From: Tetramitus jugosus
Taxonomy: Eukaryota > Protista > Heterolobosea
Direction of reading: 5' to 3'
DNA: 64,000 nucleotides
Assembly (NCBI GenBank): GCA_937625935.1
Contig: OW569362.1
Location: 248,001 to 312,000 of the forward strand
Within the stretch, counting starts at the first letter, position 1. Each line of letters starts with the position of its first letter. The notes under the pieces were generated by a model. The model searched no databases and was not told the DNA's origin. It worked only from the letters and a program-made list of their open reading frames with translations. This document shows positions 11,501 to 20,842 of this stretch, piece after piece. The translations under genes and the position numbers were made by a program.

Positions 11501-11914
11501 GATACTCGTCAGGCCCAGGTTACTCATTTCTTGGCTGTCATATCTCAGAATCGGGCCACTCAATTGGCCATGGATTTTGCTTCAGCCAAAACAGTCATCG
11601 AAGCGGCAGGTGCGTTGCTTGGAGTAAAGCTGGGTGCCATTGAATTCTCCACCATTTTGACTACATTGCAATCACAGGAGTGGCCACTTGCAGTCGAGAA
11701 GATTACTCTTCTTAGAGATTGTCAATTCCGTGGTGTTCAATTGATTGTTGATCGTCCTGAAGGCTGGAGACCATCCAAGCGAAACGTTTATCGATTGTGG
11801 AAGGTGAATCGTAAACAATTCCCAGATATTGACACCTTTGAAAGAGCGTTCGGTTTCGAATTCAGAGGCTATTACAACACAAGAATGTACTTCTTGGAAA
11901 AGGGAATTGTTTAG
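8600..11914 (+). CDS. Large von Willebrand factor A (vWA) domain protein
   Basis: Intact MIDAS motif: VLDVSGSM, GGTDF, FFTDG. It is followed by a coiled coil and about 700 aa of helical sequence of unknown function. Likely ATG at 8600 (alternative 8513). Confidence 0.85.
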   Translation: MFKIESVIRPLDNEHYALQLTTHVVGKSQVVAASQTDKDKQEENDVTKNKITPDTVIVQAQDEEAHDDGETKKSAKTIEDGDVAKKTAADASTPVAPTSEIGNSKDLVIVLDVSGSMYGSALDQSKDAICTLLTFLSENGGEGTNVTFIIFSDNAITYPLGGLPLSQQVTKVRSVNVIGGTDFASAFHAIGEVEYRSSSAAIVFFTDGQDGSGVQVREQKKQNMISQLKSKVGAFEFHTIGFTAYHDVHLLTDITKQGTAQGTFQYVKNSEDIPVAIGNLSPLVMGSSLIGNITIVDKKQNKNISHQKLSLQGDNSGEIFDSKCFFKVDSSVDMTDLEFVVEISANDSVFISSLQPKVIKLEEMSDIEKSCIQIEYIECQLLGLTQEIAESKSDKSALRETKNKLRLLEERLDTIRESKFGSRMARKRILTQCVEVSEVVNQINSLLAEAMVSELSNDKLATLNSLGYKAITKSGLQKKMDLRAQENVDLFEKLEKNIAQTVKKFNFNHLKEKYGTDAEELGKCLISCNNWIEALQDEDCLCLTLDVSRSQAAIADPTQVKIKSINQSFMTAESFLESVMFSLGNSQDHTAVHGGFDKSLDAQVVTGVARESITAVLPLFINEHHWRVAKHKMKSVMGFVCTLNVLGYTYGQVKIVPFLVLAEACKSVNTDFEKKQVELIKETCKQIYRDSSTPNVEFKMSEIVKQQFENYITDPASRTVDVIASNAVFLAQLLCAVELGDIQVDSVDLDRFFQYLAEEELRRLSHKDTDLTATQVMSLLNIDQAEFIDKFISDFKEKFNAQNSNMESSGSQYASTMIAVLRNAGADTSDLETDQQVSADVNGSDQSNQSDNSDIKIVAPIKGYDGSMAQLSSDATQLIDKYDTMMKSKVSTLLNMRRFLSKTPYATYTDLASIGISSNEARLCLAMQNTQQTKNQSRKQAFESGSYVDPFSNPKSFLEKTYVKVITDTRQAQVTHFLAVISQNRATQLAMDFASAKTVIEAAGALLGVKLGAIEFSTILTTLQSQEWPLAVEKITLLRDCQFRGVQLIVDRPEGWRPSKRNVYRLWKVNRKQFPDIDTFERAFGFEFRGYYNTRMYFLEKGIV

Positions 11915-12159
11915 AGAATCACTGCAGGAAATAAAACTGTTCGCCATTCGTGCCTTATCGTTTTTGTAATGACTGATTCGCGGTATCATTTACCAAAATC
12001 ATCTCACACACCATTATTGAGTTGTCATTGCGATGAATTCGAAGAAACGAAAACAGCAAGGCGCTTCACACAGGAACACATTCCATTTTGTTTCTTTTCA
12101 ATAAATACTTGCTTCTTCTATGTTTTATTCTACAGCTCTTGGTGTGTGCGCGCACCTAT

Positions 12160-13039
12160 TTATAAAATGCTGCACTTGGTGCTCTTCTTTTGTGGTGGGT
12201 ACAAGACGGACAAGATGGCCTCATCAAACACCTCCTTCAATCCCTGTCTAGTCTTTGCAGAGCACTCTGCGTACTTGACTGCCTTTATCCTCTTGGCCAA
12301 CTCTTCACCTTGAACAAATGAAATTGGCTTGTTGCCCTTCTTGGCCATACCTTCCATGAATCCAGCGTCATCCTTGAGATCAATCTTTGTTCCACAGAGA
12401 ATAATAGGTGTGTCTGGACAATTCTTCTTAATCTCAGGGAACCACTTGGCCTCAACGTTGTCATAAGAAGCTTGATTCACAACAGCAAAGCACAAAATGA
12501 AGACATGAGTACCTGGATAGCTCAATGGTCTCAATTTGTCATAGTCCTCCTGACCGGCCGTATCCCACAATCCAAGTGTAATTTCCTTCTCGTCAACTTC
12601 GACTTGGGCATTGTAGTTGTCGAACACGGTTGGAACATAGTCCTCTGGGAACTCATTCTTTGCATAGGCAATCAAAAGACAGGTCTGTATATAGTTACAT
12701 GTGTAGTGTTGTAGTGTTCGTTCAAGAATATTTTTTGTTTGACATGTTTTTTTTTGTCGTACAGTTTCATCATTTGGTGTTCGTTTTTTTTTGTATTTTA
12801 GGAGAGAGAGAAAAACAAGAGTGAGTGGTTGGTTGTTGTTGTTGTTGGTCAACGATGAATTGAGAGACAAAAAGCTTTTTTGACTGAAAAGCGACAAAAA
12901 AGCTTTTCACGACGGAAAAAAAAGCGACGGTTGTTTTTTTTCACAAGTGTGATATGTATATGTGTGGAGAATACGTTACCTTACCGACGGCACCATCACC
13001 GACAACGACGCACTTGATTAAATCAGTTGAATCATCCAT
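12160..13039 (-). CDS. Rho-family (Rac-like) small GTPase; exons 13039-12980 and 12684-12160
   Basis: Exon 1 reads [20 protein letters not shown]. The intron GTAACG...TACAG (12979-12685) joins it in frame to [41 protein letters not shown]. It ends in the CaaX box CSIL. Confidence 0.95.
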
Positions 13040-13429
13040 GTTGTTTCTTTGTTGTTTGGTTTTTTTTCAGTTGTTAGTTTTTTGTTTTTTTGCGTCGTCG
13101 CTTTTCTTGTTTTGTTTGAATTTCTGAGGGGTTGGATTCCGACTGTGCGATTTTTTGAATCCACTTGCTGAGGTAGAGTATGTGGAAGGGAAGATTGATC
13201 CTGACAGACAGAAAATGGAGGTTACATGGTGGGTTCCCTCACGGTTCTATGTTCATACCTTGTTCGTACATTGACCAGTGACTCGTTTGGTTGAGGTTCA
13301 ATGAGGGTTTTTTTGGTCGGACGGGATTTTAATATGACAGGCAACAGTCAACTGTCAAAATTTACAATAGACACTATTTTTATATCTACAAGGATTCTTG
13401 AACGAAAACAAGCTGAATGTGACAAACTC

Positions 13430-13963
13430 CTAGTAGATTTCGTACCTATTGTGCATTCCATGGACAATATAGCTTTTAGTCTGGGCAAAGTTCGAACTAT
13501 GAGAGGGACCAGGTGATCGGATCGGATCTGGAGACACCGAATGAGAATAGCGATTGTGACTTGCTCTAGGAATGATGATTGTTGGAGGAGGCATAGAGTT
13601 GAATAATCGAGGTGGAAAAGGCTCTGTGGATTCGTTTCCATCAGTGATACCAACATGAAGAGAACGAAGTGTTTCGTTTCTCATTCTCTTTGGTTGGGGA
13701 TGTGCTGCATCCGAATCATCATCCTCCATCGAAGTATCGTCCTCTTCTCCAGCTTCGTACTCCCTCCTTGTTCTCTTTTGGGGATACTGGCCAAAATCTA
13801 GAGTTCTACTATTGTTGGTTGAGATCACAGAATATTGAGTACTCCATGCTGGTATCTGCTGCGCGCAATTATTGTTAGCGACCTGTTGAGATTGAATCAA
13901 TTGGCGTTGTTGCTGCATCTGCAAATAGTAATCAGAAGTAGGTCTGTGATCTCCAGAGTCCAT
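13430..13963 (-). CDS. Hypothetical protein (177 aa), Gln-rich with NLS-like basic patches
   Basis: ATG ORF with QKRTRR and PKRMR motifs and an acidic tract. No family recognised. Confidence 0.55.
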   Translation of the reverse strand: MDSGDHRPTSDYYLQMQQQRQLIQSQQVANNNCAQQIPAWSTQYSVISTNNSRTLDFGQYPQKRTRREYEAGEEDDTSMEDDDSDAAHPQPKRMRNETLRSLHVGITDGNESTEPFPPRLFNSMPPPTIIIPRASHNRYSHSVSPDPIRSPGPSHSSNFAQTKSYIVHGMHNRYEIY

Positions 13964-14284
13964 CGTATAGAACGGCTTTTCGCTTAGTGTTTGGGTTTGT
14001 TGTCGTTATTGATGGAAACAGGGGGTCACTTGACTCGGTTAATAGAGGACGAAAGAGTGGATCCGCCAAGGGATACGCTTTTGAACTCCATGTGAATTGC
14101 CCAACTTTTGTGGAGTTGCGCCCAGTGCCTAATTGCATCTGATAACTGATGATAGACCACTGTGTAAATTTCCAAGGTATTCAGAAGCAATTGGAATCCA
14201 AACTCTCACACCAAAAAAAACTCGGAAATTATGAGAGCCAGAAAAAGATAAGAACGTAGCCAACAACAACGACTCACGAGTAGG

Positions 14285-15946
14285 ATGATCCACCATCACC
14301 TCATGGACAAGGATGATCAGATGCGTCCACTGCGTATCCCCTCCCAACCATTACCCATCTATGGTTCCCATCCAATCATTAACCTTGTAAATAACCGTTT
14401 ATACCAGCAGTTTACAGGAAAGCCACTCAATCAAAATGTTCTCACTGGAGATCCCACTGGAAGGAACAAAGAACCATTGTGCAATGATTTCCAAGTGTTG
14501 ACAATGAGTGAATCAGGCAGATTGAAGAACACTGGTTCAAAAGCTATTGACTGTGGCTGTGTGAACTCGTTGTGCTGGTCTTCAGACGATTCATTGATTG
14601 TTTCAGGATGTGATCACGGTGTGGTTCAGCTATGGGATGCAATCAATCAAAAGTTATTGCGTTCCTTGTATGGACACGATTCCAATGTGTTCTCCGTGTT
14701 GTTTCACATGGATGGTGATGGCAATAGCTCTGTTAATCGTATTATAAGTGGAGGAAATGACTCAGATGTCCGTTTGTATGATATTGTAAGTGATCGATGC
14801 ACAACGATACGACACTTTAAGAAAAAGGTGTTGAGCATGTGTAATCACCATTCGATGCCTCATGTGATACTTGCATGCTCTGCTGATGGTACAGTTCGAT
14901 TGTTTGACACGAGACTGTCGTACAAGAACACTGGTACATCTCACATTGAAACTGAAGAAGCCAATTCAAGGTTTTCCCTTGGGTATACGATACCCCAGGC
15001 TCTTGGAGGAGGGCGAAGTCGTTCCTACTATGCCAATCTGAGTGACTCAGATCAGAATGAGAGTTTGCTGGTGCACTTCAAAGACAAGAGCACACTGTAT
15101 TCGATTGATATCCATCCTCTGACAGGAAATCAAATCATTGTAAGTAGTTCAGAGGGAGAAGTAAGAAGTTTTGATATTCGGAGAGTTGACAGAAACAAGA
15201 GCTCTGATTCATATATCAGAGTGTACAATGCCTTGGAAAATCAAGCATCAAAGAAAGGATATTGTGATGTAACAGGGTGTAGATATTCTTATGATGGATC
15301 AGAGATTGTAGCCACTTACCTGGGTGAATATATTTACTTGTTCGATACGGAGGAATGTGCTTCAAAGGTTGATTCGTCGAGTGAGCGTTCGACAGTATCA
15401 ATCAATTCGCCTGAAAGTGATGATGTGGAAGAAGTTCCCTACAAGACCCAGTTCAAAGGGCATAAATCTCTGGACACCATCAAAGGAGTGTACTTCTATG
15501 GTGAGAAATCGCAGTATGTTGTATCAGGTTCTGATGAAGGGAATGTGTACATTTGGAACAAGGAAACCGGGCAGGTGATCAATGTGTTGCAAGGACACAG
15601 TGATGCTGTAAATACGATATGCCCTTCGAATGATCCATTGCGCCATCCAATGATTGCCACGAGTGGAATCGATGATTATGTTGTTCTCTGGTCACCGAAT
15701 TCATCATATCCTGACGAAGAAGAAATAGATCGTTTGAACAACAAGATTGACAAGATAGTTCAGGAGAATGCAGCCACTCAAGTCGATTTTGGTGTGCCAG
15801 ATATTTTCGATCTGCTTGTTCAGCTGGGTGTCCGTATACCCAGCGGAGACTTGCTGGAACAACTGTTTAGTGATGACGAGATGGAGTTTGATGACGACGA
15901 AGAAGAAGATGACAATGAGCTCGATAGTGATGACGAACTATTGTAG
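14285..15946 (+). CDS. WD40-repeat protein, DCAF8/DCAF6-like CUL4-DDB1 substrate receptor
   Basis: GCVNSLCWS..VSG..QLWD, GHDSNVFSV, FKGH..TIKGVYFYG..YVVSGSDEGNVYIWNK, IATSGIDDYVVLWSP, and an acidic tail. Confidence 0.85.
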   Translation: MIHHHLMDKDDQMRPLRIPSQPLPIYGSHPIINLVNNRLYQQFTGKPLNQNVLTGDPTGRNKEPLCNDFQVLTMSESGRLKNTGSKAIDCGCVNSLCWSSDDSLIVSGCDHGVVQLWDAINQKLLRSLYGHDSNVFSVLFHMDGDGNSSVNRIISGGNDSDVRLYDIVSDRCTTIRHFKKKVLSMCNHHSMPHVILACSADGTVRLFDTRLSYKNTGTSHIETEEANSRFSLGYTIPQALGGGRSRSYYANLSDSDQNESLLVHFKDKSTLYSIDIHPLTGNQIIVSSSEGEVRSFDIRRVDRNKSSDSYIRVYNALENQASKKGYCDVTGCRYSYDGSEIVATYLGEYIYLFDTEECASKVDSSSERSTVSINSPESDDVEEVPYKTQFKGHKSLDTIKGVYFYGEKSQYVVSGSDEGNVYIWNKETGQVINVLQGHSDAVNTICPSNDPLRHPMIATSGIDDYVVLWSPNSSYPDEEEIDRLNNKIDKIVQENAATQVDFGVPDIFDLLVQLGVRIPSGDLLEQLFSDDEMEFDDDEEEDDNELDSDDELL

Positions 15947-15980
15947 ACCGAGGTGAATAAAACAAAATTGCAATAATTTA

Positions 15981-17426
15981 TTAGAACGTTTCATTGTCTG
16001 GTGCACCAGTGGACGTTTCGTTAATTGATGTAGAAACATCAGGTGGAGTCTTATCTGATGGAGCAATGAAAAAGTCAAGCACTAAGAATGAAATGACAGC
16101 TGTGCCACACAGAACAGATAGAATGATTTTGATTGTTCCGGTAGTGGCGAATGTGGACGATAGAAAACCACAAGCTGATGCAATTGATTGCACCATCTTA
16201 AAACCAGCAAACGCATCACTGGCTCTCTTCTTAAAGAAGGCAGGCGAGCCCAAAATACTATAAATTGAGGTGTTGTAACCAGAGTCAGCCAATCCACAGA
16301 AGAAGAGTGTCACAAAATACAGTGGCACTCCACCAAGGAGCATTGTCCAACATAGCACAACAGCGATAATGTGGAGAATCAGTGTCGCAATCATCATGAT
16401 TCTTCTACCAAATACATCGATTAACTTTCCAAATGCGATAGAGCCAATTGCCTCAGCCAGACCGAAACAAGTTGCCACCCAACTAATCATTTCAACTCCC
16501 GTGTGGTCACGTATAATCGGAGGCAACACACCAGTGAACACTGAAATGGAATATCCAGAGTACAAGCTAATAGGTAAAAAGAGCAGCATTCTCATGTCTA
16601 GCAAAACATCCAATGTACTGCGCATTCTCCTTGCAATCGATTTGCTCTTTTTCTTCTTCTTCTTGCTAGTGGTGCTTGATTCTTCTGGTGCTGTTTGACC
16701 TCTGTCCAGAAACAGAGTCAATAGCATAGCAATACCAACAACCGATATACAAAACAGAATGAAAAAGGTCCAGAAAATACTCACTCCCATCCTCAACAAT
16801 GCACCAGTCAACAAGTTACCAACAATGTTACTCAACTGGAAAACACCAAAGAATACACCAGAGAAGAAGCCCATTTCTGAACCAGCAATCTCAGTCAAGA
16901 ATTGACCATGTGCAGTCCACAATACACTTGCTCCCACGCCCAACAAGGCAGCACAACTGAGCAACAATGGTGCATTAGAGAAACAAGAAGCCAACACAAA
17001 CAATGAATAGGGAATGGCACCAATCAGCAGAGAAATCTTTGGTCCAGTTCGATCTACAATCACAGGACTAATGAAATTCGATACAGCAAAGAAGGCATAC
17101 AGAATGGCCAACGATTGAAAGCCCAGTTTCTTCTTTAGTGTTGTAATGAAGCCCTGAGTCGTTCCAAATGCAGTGAACACTGTGCAGAAACTGAAGCCAA
17201 GAGCCAGAACTAACAACATTTTTCGATTCAACAACTTGGATAGCTTACTATTGGATGTCGTCTTGGAAGAATGAGGAGCAGTCAGTACGGCAGTGGAGCA
17301 ATCATCTTCATCAATGATATCATTGGAGAGGGGAGGAGTTATTTGTTTTGTGGTGTCATTCACTTGTTGTTGGTCTTTTTCGTCTTCAGAGCTAAAACTA
17401 TTGCTATTGTTGTTGTCTGCGCCCAT
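15981..17426 (-). CDS. UNC-93-like / MFS membrane protein
   Basis: About 12 hydrophobic segments with LGFSFCTVFTAF, SLAILY..F..SNFISP.IV..GPK and LLGVGASVLWTAHGQFL, typical of the UNC-93 family. Confidence 0.85.
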   Translation of the reverse strand: MGADNNNSNSFSSEDEKDQQQVNDTTKQITPPLSNDIIDEDDCSTAVLTAPHSSKTTSNSKLSKLLNRKMLLVLALGFSFCTVFTAFGTTQGFITTLKKKLGFQSLAILYAFFAVSNFISPVIVDRTGPKISLLIGAIPYSLFVLASCFSNAPLLLSCAALLGVGASVLWTAHGQFLTEIAGSEMGFFSGVFFGVFQLSNIVGNLLTGALLRMGVSIFWTFFILFCISVVGIAMLLTLFLDRGQTAPEESSTTSKKKKKKSKSIARRMRSTLDVLLDMRMLLFLPISLYSGYSISVFTGVLPPIIRDHTGVEMISWVATCFGLAEAIGSIAFGKLIDVFGRRIMMIATLILHIIAVVLCWTMLLGGVPLYFVTLFFCGLADSGYNTSIYSILGSPAFFKKRASDAFAGFKMVQSIASACGFLSSTFATTGTIKIILSVLCGTAVISFLVLDFFIAPSDKTPPDVSTSINETSTGAPDNETF

Positions 17427-17854
17427 AGATGAAATCGCACCTTGTTCCGTCTTGTTTTTTGTGTCGCGGTTGTGTTTGTCCGATGACCAACGGAGTAATT
17501 GTGAGGTGTCACTTGCTGGAGAGGGAATTCCTTGTAAGGGAAGCAGTGCTGAGCAGCTCGCTAGTCGACATTAAGTTGATATGGATTGCACTTCAACATA
17601 TGCTGTTGAATCGATCTCCTTGACATGTATTTCTGTACATCAAGTCGATATCTAACTGGAGTATTGATCACTTGATGAACGGAATATTGAACGTCACAGA
17701 TGATTGACGAACGGGATACTTGATCGACGAACTGTAAGAAAGCAGAAGTATAAAAGGCCAGACACAATCTGTTCGATGTAAGGACAAAGCAACAACTCAA
17801 GTAATACAAATCTTACTAATCAGTACTAACTAACAAGCTCGTTAATATCCAAAG

Positions 17855-18286
17855 ATGACCCAAACTGGAATTCAAACTCACGACAATTCTATTACCACAT
17901 TCAGAGAAAGTTATCTCAAGGGTGAACATGCGTTTGTTACCTTCCATATTAAAGATGGCTCTATTCAAGTGGAGAGAACCGGCTCTTCTCTCGAAGAGTT
18001 AGTCGAAGGCCTGCCAAGCAATGAATGTAGATATGCAGTCTACAGAGCAAAATACACTGTCCCTTCAGAAATTCAAGGAATGGCTGACAGTCAAAGAAGT
18101 AAGAGCGTTATGGTCTTATGGGCTCCATCAACTGCCAACGTTAGAAACAAGTTTGTCTACTCTGCTACTCGAATTCCATTTGGGAATCGTCTTGGCTTTT
18201 CTGGATTGGGTATTCAAACCAGTGATGTTAGCCAGCTCTCTGAAGAAGAGATCTTGGGAAAATGCAAGGCCTTCTTCAAGCATTGA
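17855..18286 (+). CDS. ADF/cofilin-family actin-binding protein
   Basis: 143 aa with TGIQ N-terminus, LPSNECRYAVY and WAPSTANVRNKFVYSAT. Confidence 0.9.
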   Translation: MTQTGIQTHDNSITTFRESYLKGEHAFVTFHIKDGSIQVERTGSSLEELVEGLPSNECRYAVYRAKYTVPSEIQGMADSQRSKSVMVLWAPSTANVRNKFVYSATRIPFGNRLGFSGLGIQTSDVSQLSEEEILGKCKAFFKH

Positions 18287-18554
18287 TTGTCTTGTTCTGA
18301 AATTCAACGCCGCTCATGTACATAACAATCTACCTATCAATAAACTAAAAACGTGTCCATTCCGATTATTCATTCAGCTTCCTACTAGAACTGTCTTGTT
18401 GCCTGATTCAGGTTGAGAGAACTCTGATGGACGAACACGGAAAAAACCATGTACGACAGTTGAGGCTCAAAGAGAGTCACTGAGAAACTGGAAATAACTC
18501 TGAAACGAAACATCAACAAAAGCTTTCCTGATAGAGTTTCCAACAAAAAAAACC

Positions 18555-18980
18555 ATGAGCAACACCAAGAGCCACTCCCAAAATAACCAGAGCTCTGTTC
18601 CTTTATCTGAAAGCTGTCCACAGCAGAAAACAGAGTTGTTCCAAACAACAAAGACAACACAAGAAGAACAGACGACTCTTGAATTCATTGAACAGCAAGA
18701 AGAAGAAGGATTTGAAAATATAATTGACAACCTGGAACAACAAATGAATCCTATTCGATCCAGCCCTCCAAATACACCTCCAAAGCTAACAAAACCTCAT
18801 TTGGCAAGTTCACCTGTAGATGATATGCGAAGCCCTATGACCAATCTGCTATGGAGCACAAACAAGAAACATTTAGTGAAATCCTTGTCGAGTAACAATT
18901 CTCAGAAAACAAGGTTGTTTGAATTGCAGCAACAGAACCAGGTTGAAGATGGATCTGCAGTCAAGACCCAAAGCAACTGA
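18555..18980 (+). CDS. Small hydrophilic protein with a Spo12-like motif
   Basis: SSPVDDMRSPMTNLL resembles the Spo12 signature SPTDxxxSPCSxKL. The rest is low complexity. Confidence 0.45.
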   Translation: MSNTKSHSQNNQSSVPLSESCPQQKTELFQTTKTTQEEQTTLEFIEQQEEEGFENIIDNLEQQMNPIRSSPPNTPPKLTKPHLASSPVDDMRSPMTNLLWSTNKKHLVKSLSSNNSQKTRLFELQQQNQVEDGSAVKTQSN

Positions 18981-19251
18981 ACAACCCTGATACTCTCAAA
19001 ACTCTGACAGAGGTATACTAGGCGTGTCCTCTCTGGTCAGTACAGATAGTGACAACACAAGAAACACATCCAAACACACAAAATAAACCAAATTTACTTT
19101 TTCCTTTTCGCGGAAAAATTTGATCAATCTATTCTGGGTGTATGCGCATACAACATGTCAGATTTATTTCTTTTGAGTTATCATTCAATTAATTGTCCTT
19201 TTATCACACGAATCAAACAAAATTTCAAACACATTGACATTAGAAATCGAC

Positions 19252-20787
19252 ATGGGAGTCAACCAATCAAAAACAGAAGAAGTGTCCCAGGGAATCACCC
19301 AGTCGAGGAAGGAAACAACAATAGTAACAACCATAACGAACAAAGTTACTCAGAGAGGCTCGTCAGTAAAACTTCCTCCCATACCCACCCGATTGCACAG
19401 AGAACAAGTTGGGGACAAGTTGGATCAACTATTGACCGAATACTGTCATTTTCTCGATGACGGAAGACAATTACCCGACAGAAGGTTGAAGAGGGTAACC
19501 GCAGAATATTCAGATTACAATTACTTTAATTTTCAAGAAGAGTCCTCAAGTTCAACAGTCAGTGAACCTGATCTGAGCAATCCAAAGGCCTCCATTCCCA
19601 ACAAGATCCAGCAAGTTGATCATACGACAAAGAAGCTACCACCTCTACCTCAACTCGTGACGCAACAACACCCTCCTGTACTGGCCACTGATGCACCTGA
19701 CTCGAGTCCTGAGATGACCTCTCTAGCTGCAGAAACAAATGTTACGAGTTTAGACGAACGTTCACCTCATGATTCTCTATCTGCAGAGTTCGGAGAAGAA
19801 GAGGAACTCGAAAGTACCATACCTTTGTTTGACACGATATCCATACCTTTGAAATTATTCTTCGGTGTGCTGCAATATCTAACATTGGAAGAAATATACT
19901 TGAATGTCATTCCTGTTTCCAAACAATGGAATAATTGCATCATAGACGAATCCAACGACTTAAGCCTATGGAAGCCATTAGCTCTCATACAGGAGAAATC
20001 ACAAGAAGCGACAGACTATCAATTCAGTGGAGATCTCTTTCTGGTCAGCGATTTTGAAAAATACTTAAATAGATATCGATCCCCTCAAGAAATTGAAGAA
20101 CACCAAGTTCCTAATCCTGTCTTTGTTCATTGCGATGATTTATGGGGAAAGTTGTGCAGGTTTCAGCGTTTATACAATCGAATATGTGAGCAGTGTTTCA
20201 TCCATTGCTTCACAGGAAATGAAGAATTGTTTAAGGGTATGCCCTGCGAGATGCAGGGAAAAGTTGTGTTCTTTGGACCCAGGCACTTGCCTGTAGGGAA
20301 ATCAACTCTTGTTCATGCCATCTCCCGTTTGCGGGCACTCAATGAGCAAGAAAGAAGTAGAATATCACCCACTACTGGTTTGGAAAGAACAACATTCAAA
20401 GCTCTGGTTGACCAAACCAATCTCCTTCAAATTGAGAATTTGGACACTGTGATGAACACGTTTCAGCACTCTGTGCGAACGTCTGAGGGATGTGTGGTTC
20501 AAGTATTTGTCTTTGACTTGTCCAATGAGAGTTCATTGGATACATTGATGCATGGATTCATGTATGAGTTTATCCATCATCCCTTTGGAGATGCCAGGCG
20601 GTTGCTTGTTGGTCTCAAGGATGACGAGAAGCAAGGGAAGGAACTGTCTAATCGTGCCATGAGCTTCGCCACAGAGAACAAAATGTTTTACATGGAATGT
20701 TCATCAGTCACAGGACACAACATACAACTTCTATCGCGATTATTGGCTCTTCTCGGTTTCACAGTCCTCTCTAGTCGCACCCCTTAG
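19252..20787 (+). CDS. F-box plus divergent Ras-superfamily GTPase fusion with N-myristoylation motif
   Basis: Starts MGVNQSK. F-box: IPLKLFFGVLQYLTLEEIYLNVIPVSKQWN..LSLWK. GTPase motifs: KVVFFG..VGKSTL, VFVFDLSNESS, LLVGLKDD, YMECSSVTGHNI. Confidence 0.8.
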   Translation: MGVNQSKTEEVSQGITQSRKETTIVTTITNKVTQRGSSVKLPPIPTRLHREQVGDKLDQLLTEYCHFLDDGRQLPDRRLKRVTAEYSDYNYFNFQEESSSSTVSEPDLSNPKASIPNKIQQVDHTTKKLPPLPQLVTQQHPPVLATDAPDSSPEMTSLAAETNVTSLDERSPHDSLSAEFGEEEELESTIPLFDTISIPLKLFFGVLQYLTLEEIYLNVIPVSKQWNNCIIDESNDLSLWKPLALIQEKSQEATDYQFSGDLFLVSDFEKYLNRYRSPQEIEEHQVPNPVFVHCDDLWGKLCRFQRLYNRICEQCFIHCFTGNEELFKGMPCEMQGKVVFFGPRHLPVGKSTLVHAISRLRALNEQERSRISPTTGLERTTFKALVDQTNLLQIENLDTVMNTFQHSVRTSEGCVVQVFVFDLSNESSLDTLMHGFMYEFIHHPFGDARRLLVGLKDDEKQGKELSNRAMSFATENKMFYMECSSVTGHNIQLLSRLLALLGFTVLSSRTP

Positions 20788-20842
20788 AACTGTCACGGAA
20801 AAGTTACTGCTCTGTGCTATTTCCTAAAATGGCAAAAAGCTG

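Noticed and set aside
12685-12897. N-terminal extension of the 245-aa Rac ORF in the track
   Set aside because: It is intron sequence; the real P-loop exon is at 13039-12980.
19003-19045. Imperfect hairpin plus ACA after a TGA stop (possible SECIS or H/ACA)
   Set aside because: It lacks the SECIS AUGA/GA quartet and AA loop, and the upstream ORF has no selenoprotein context.
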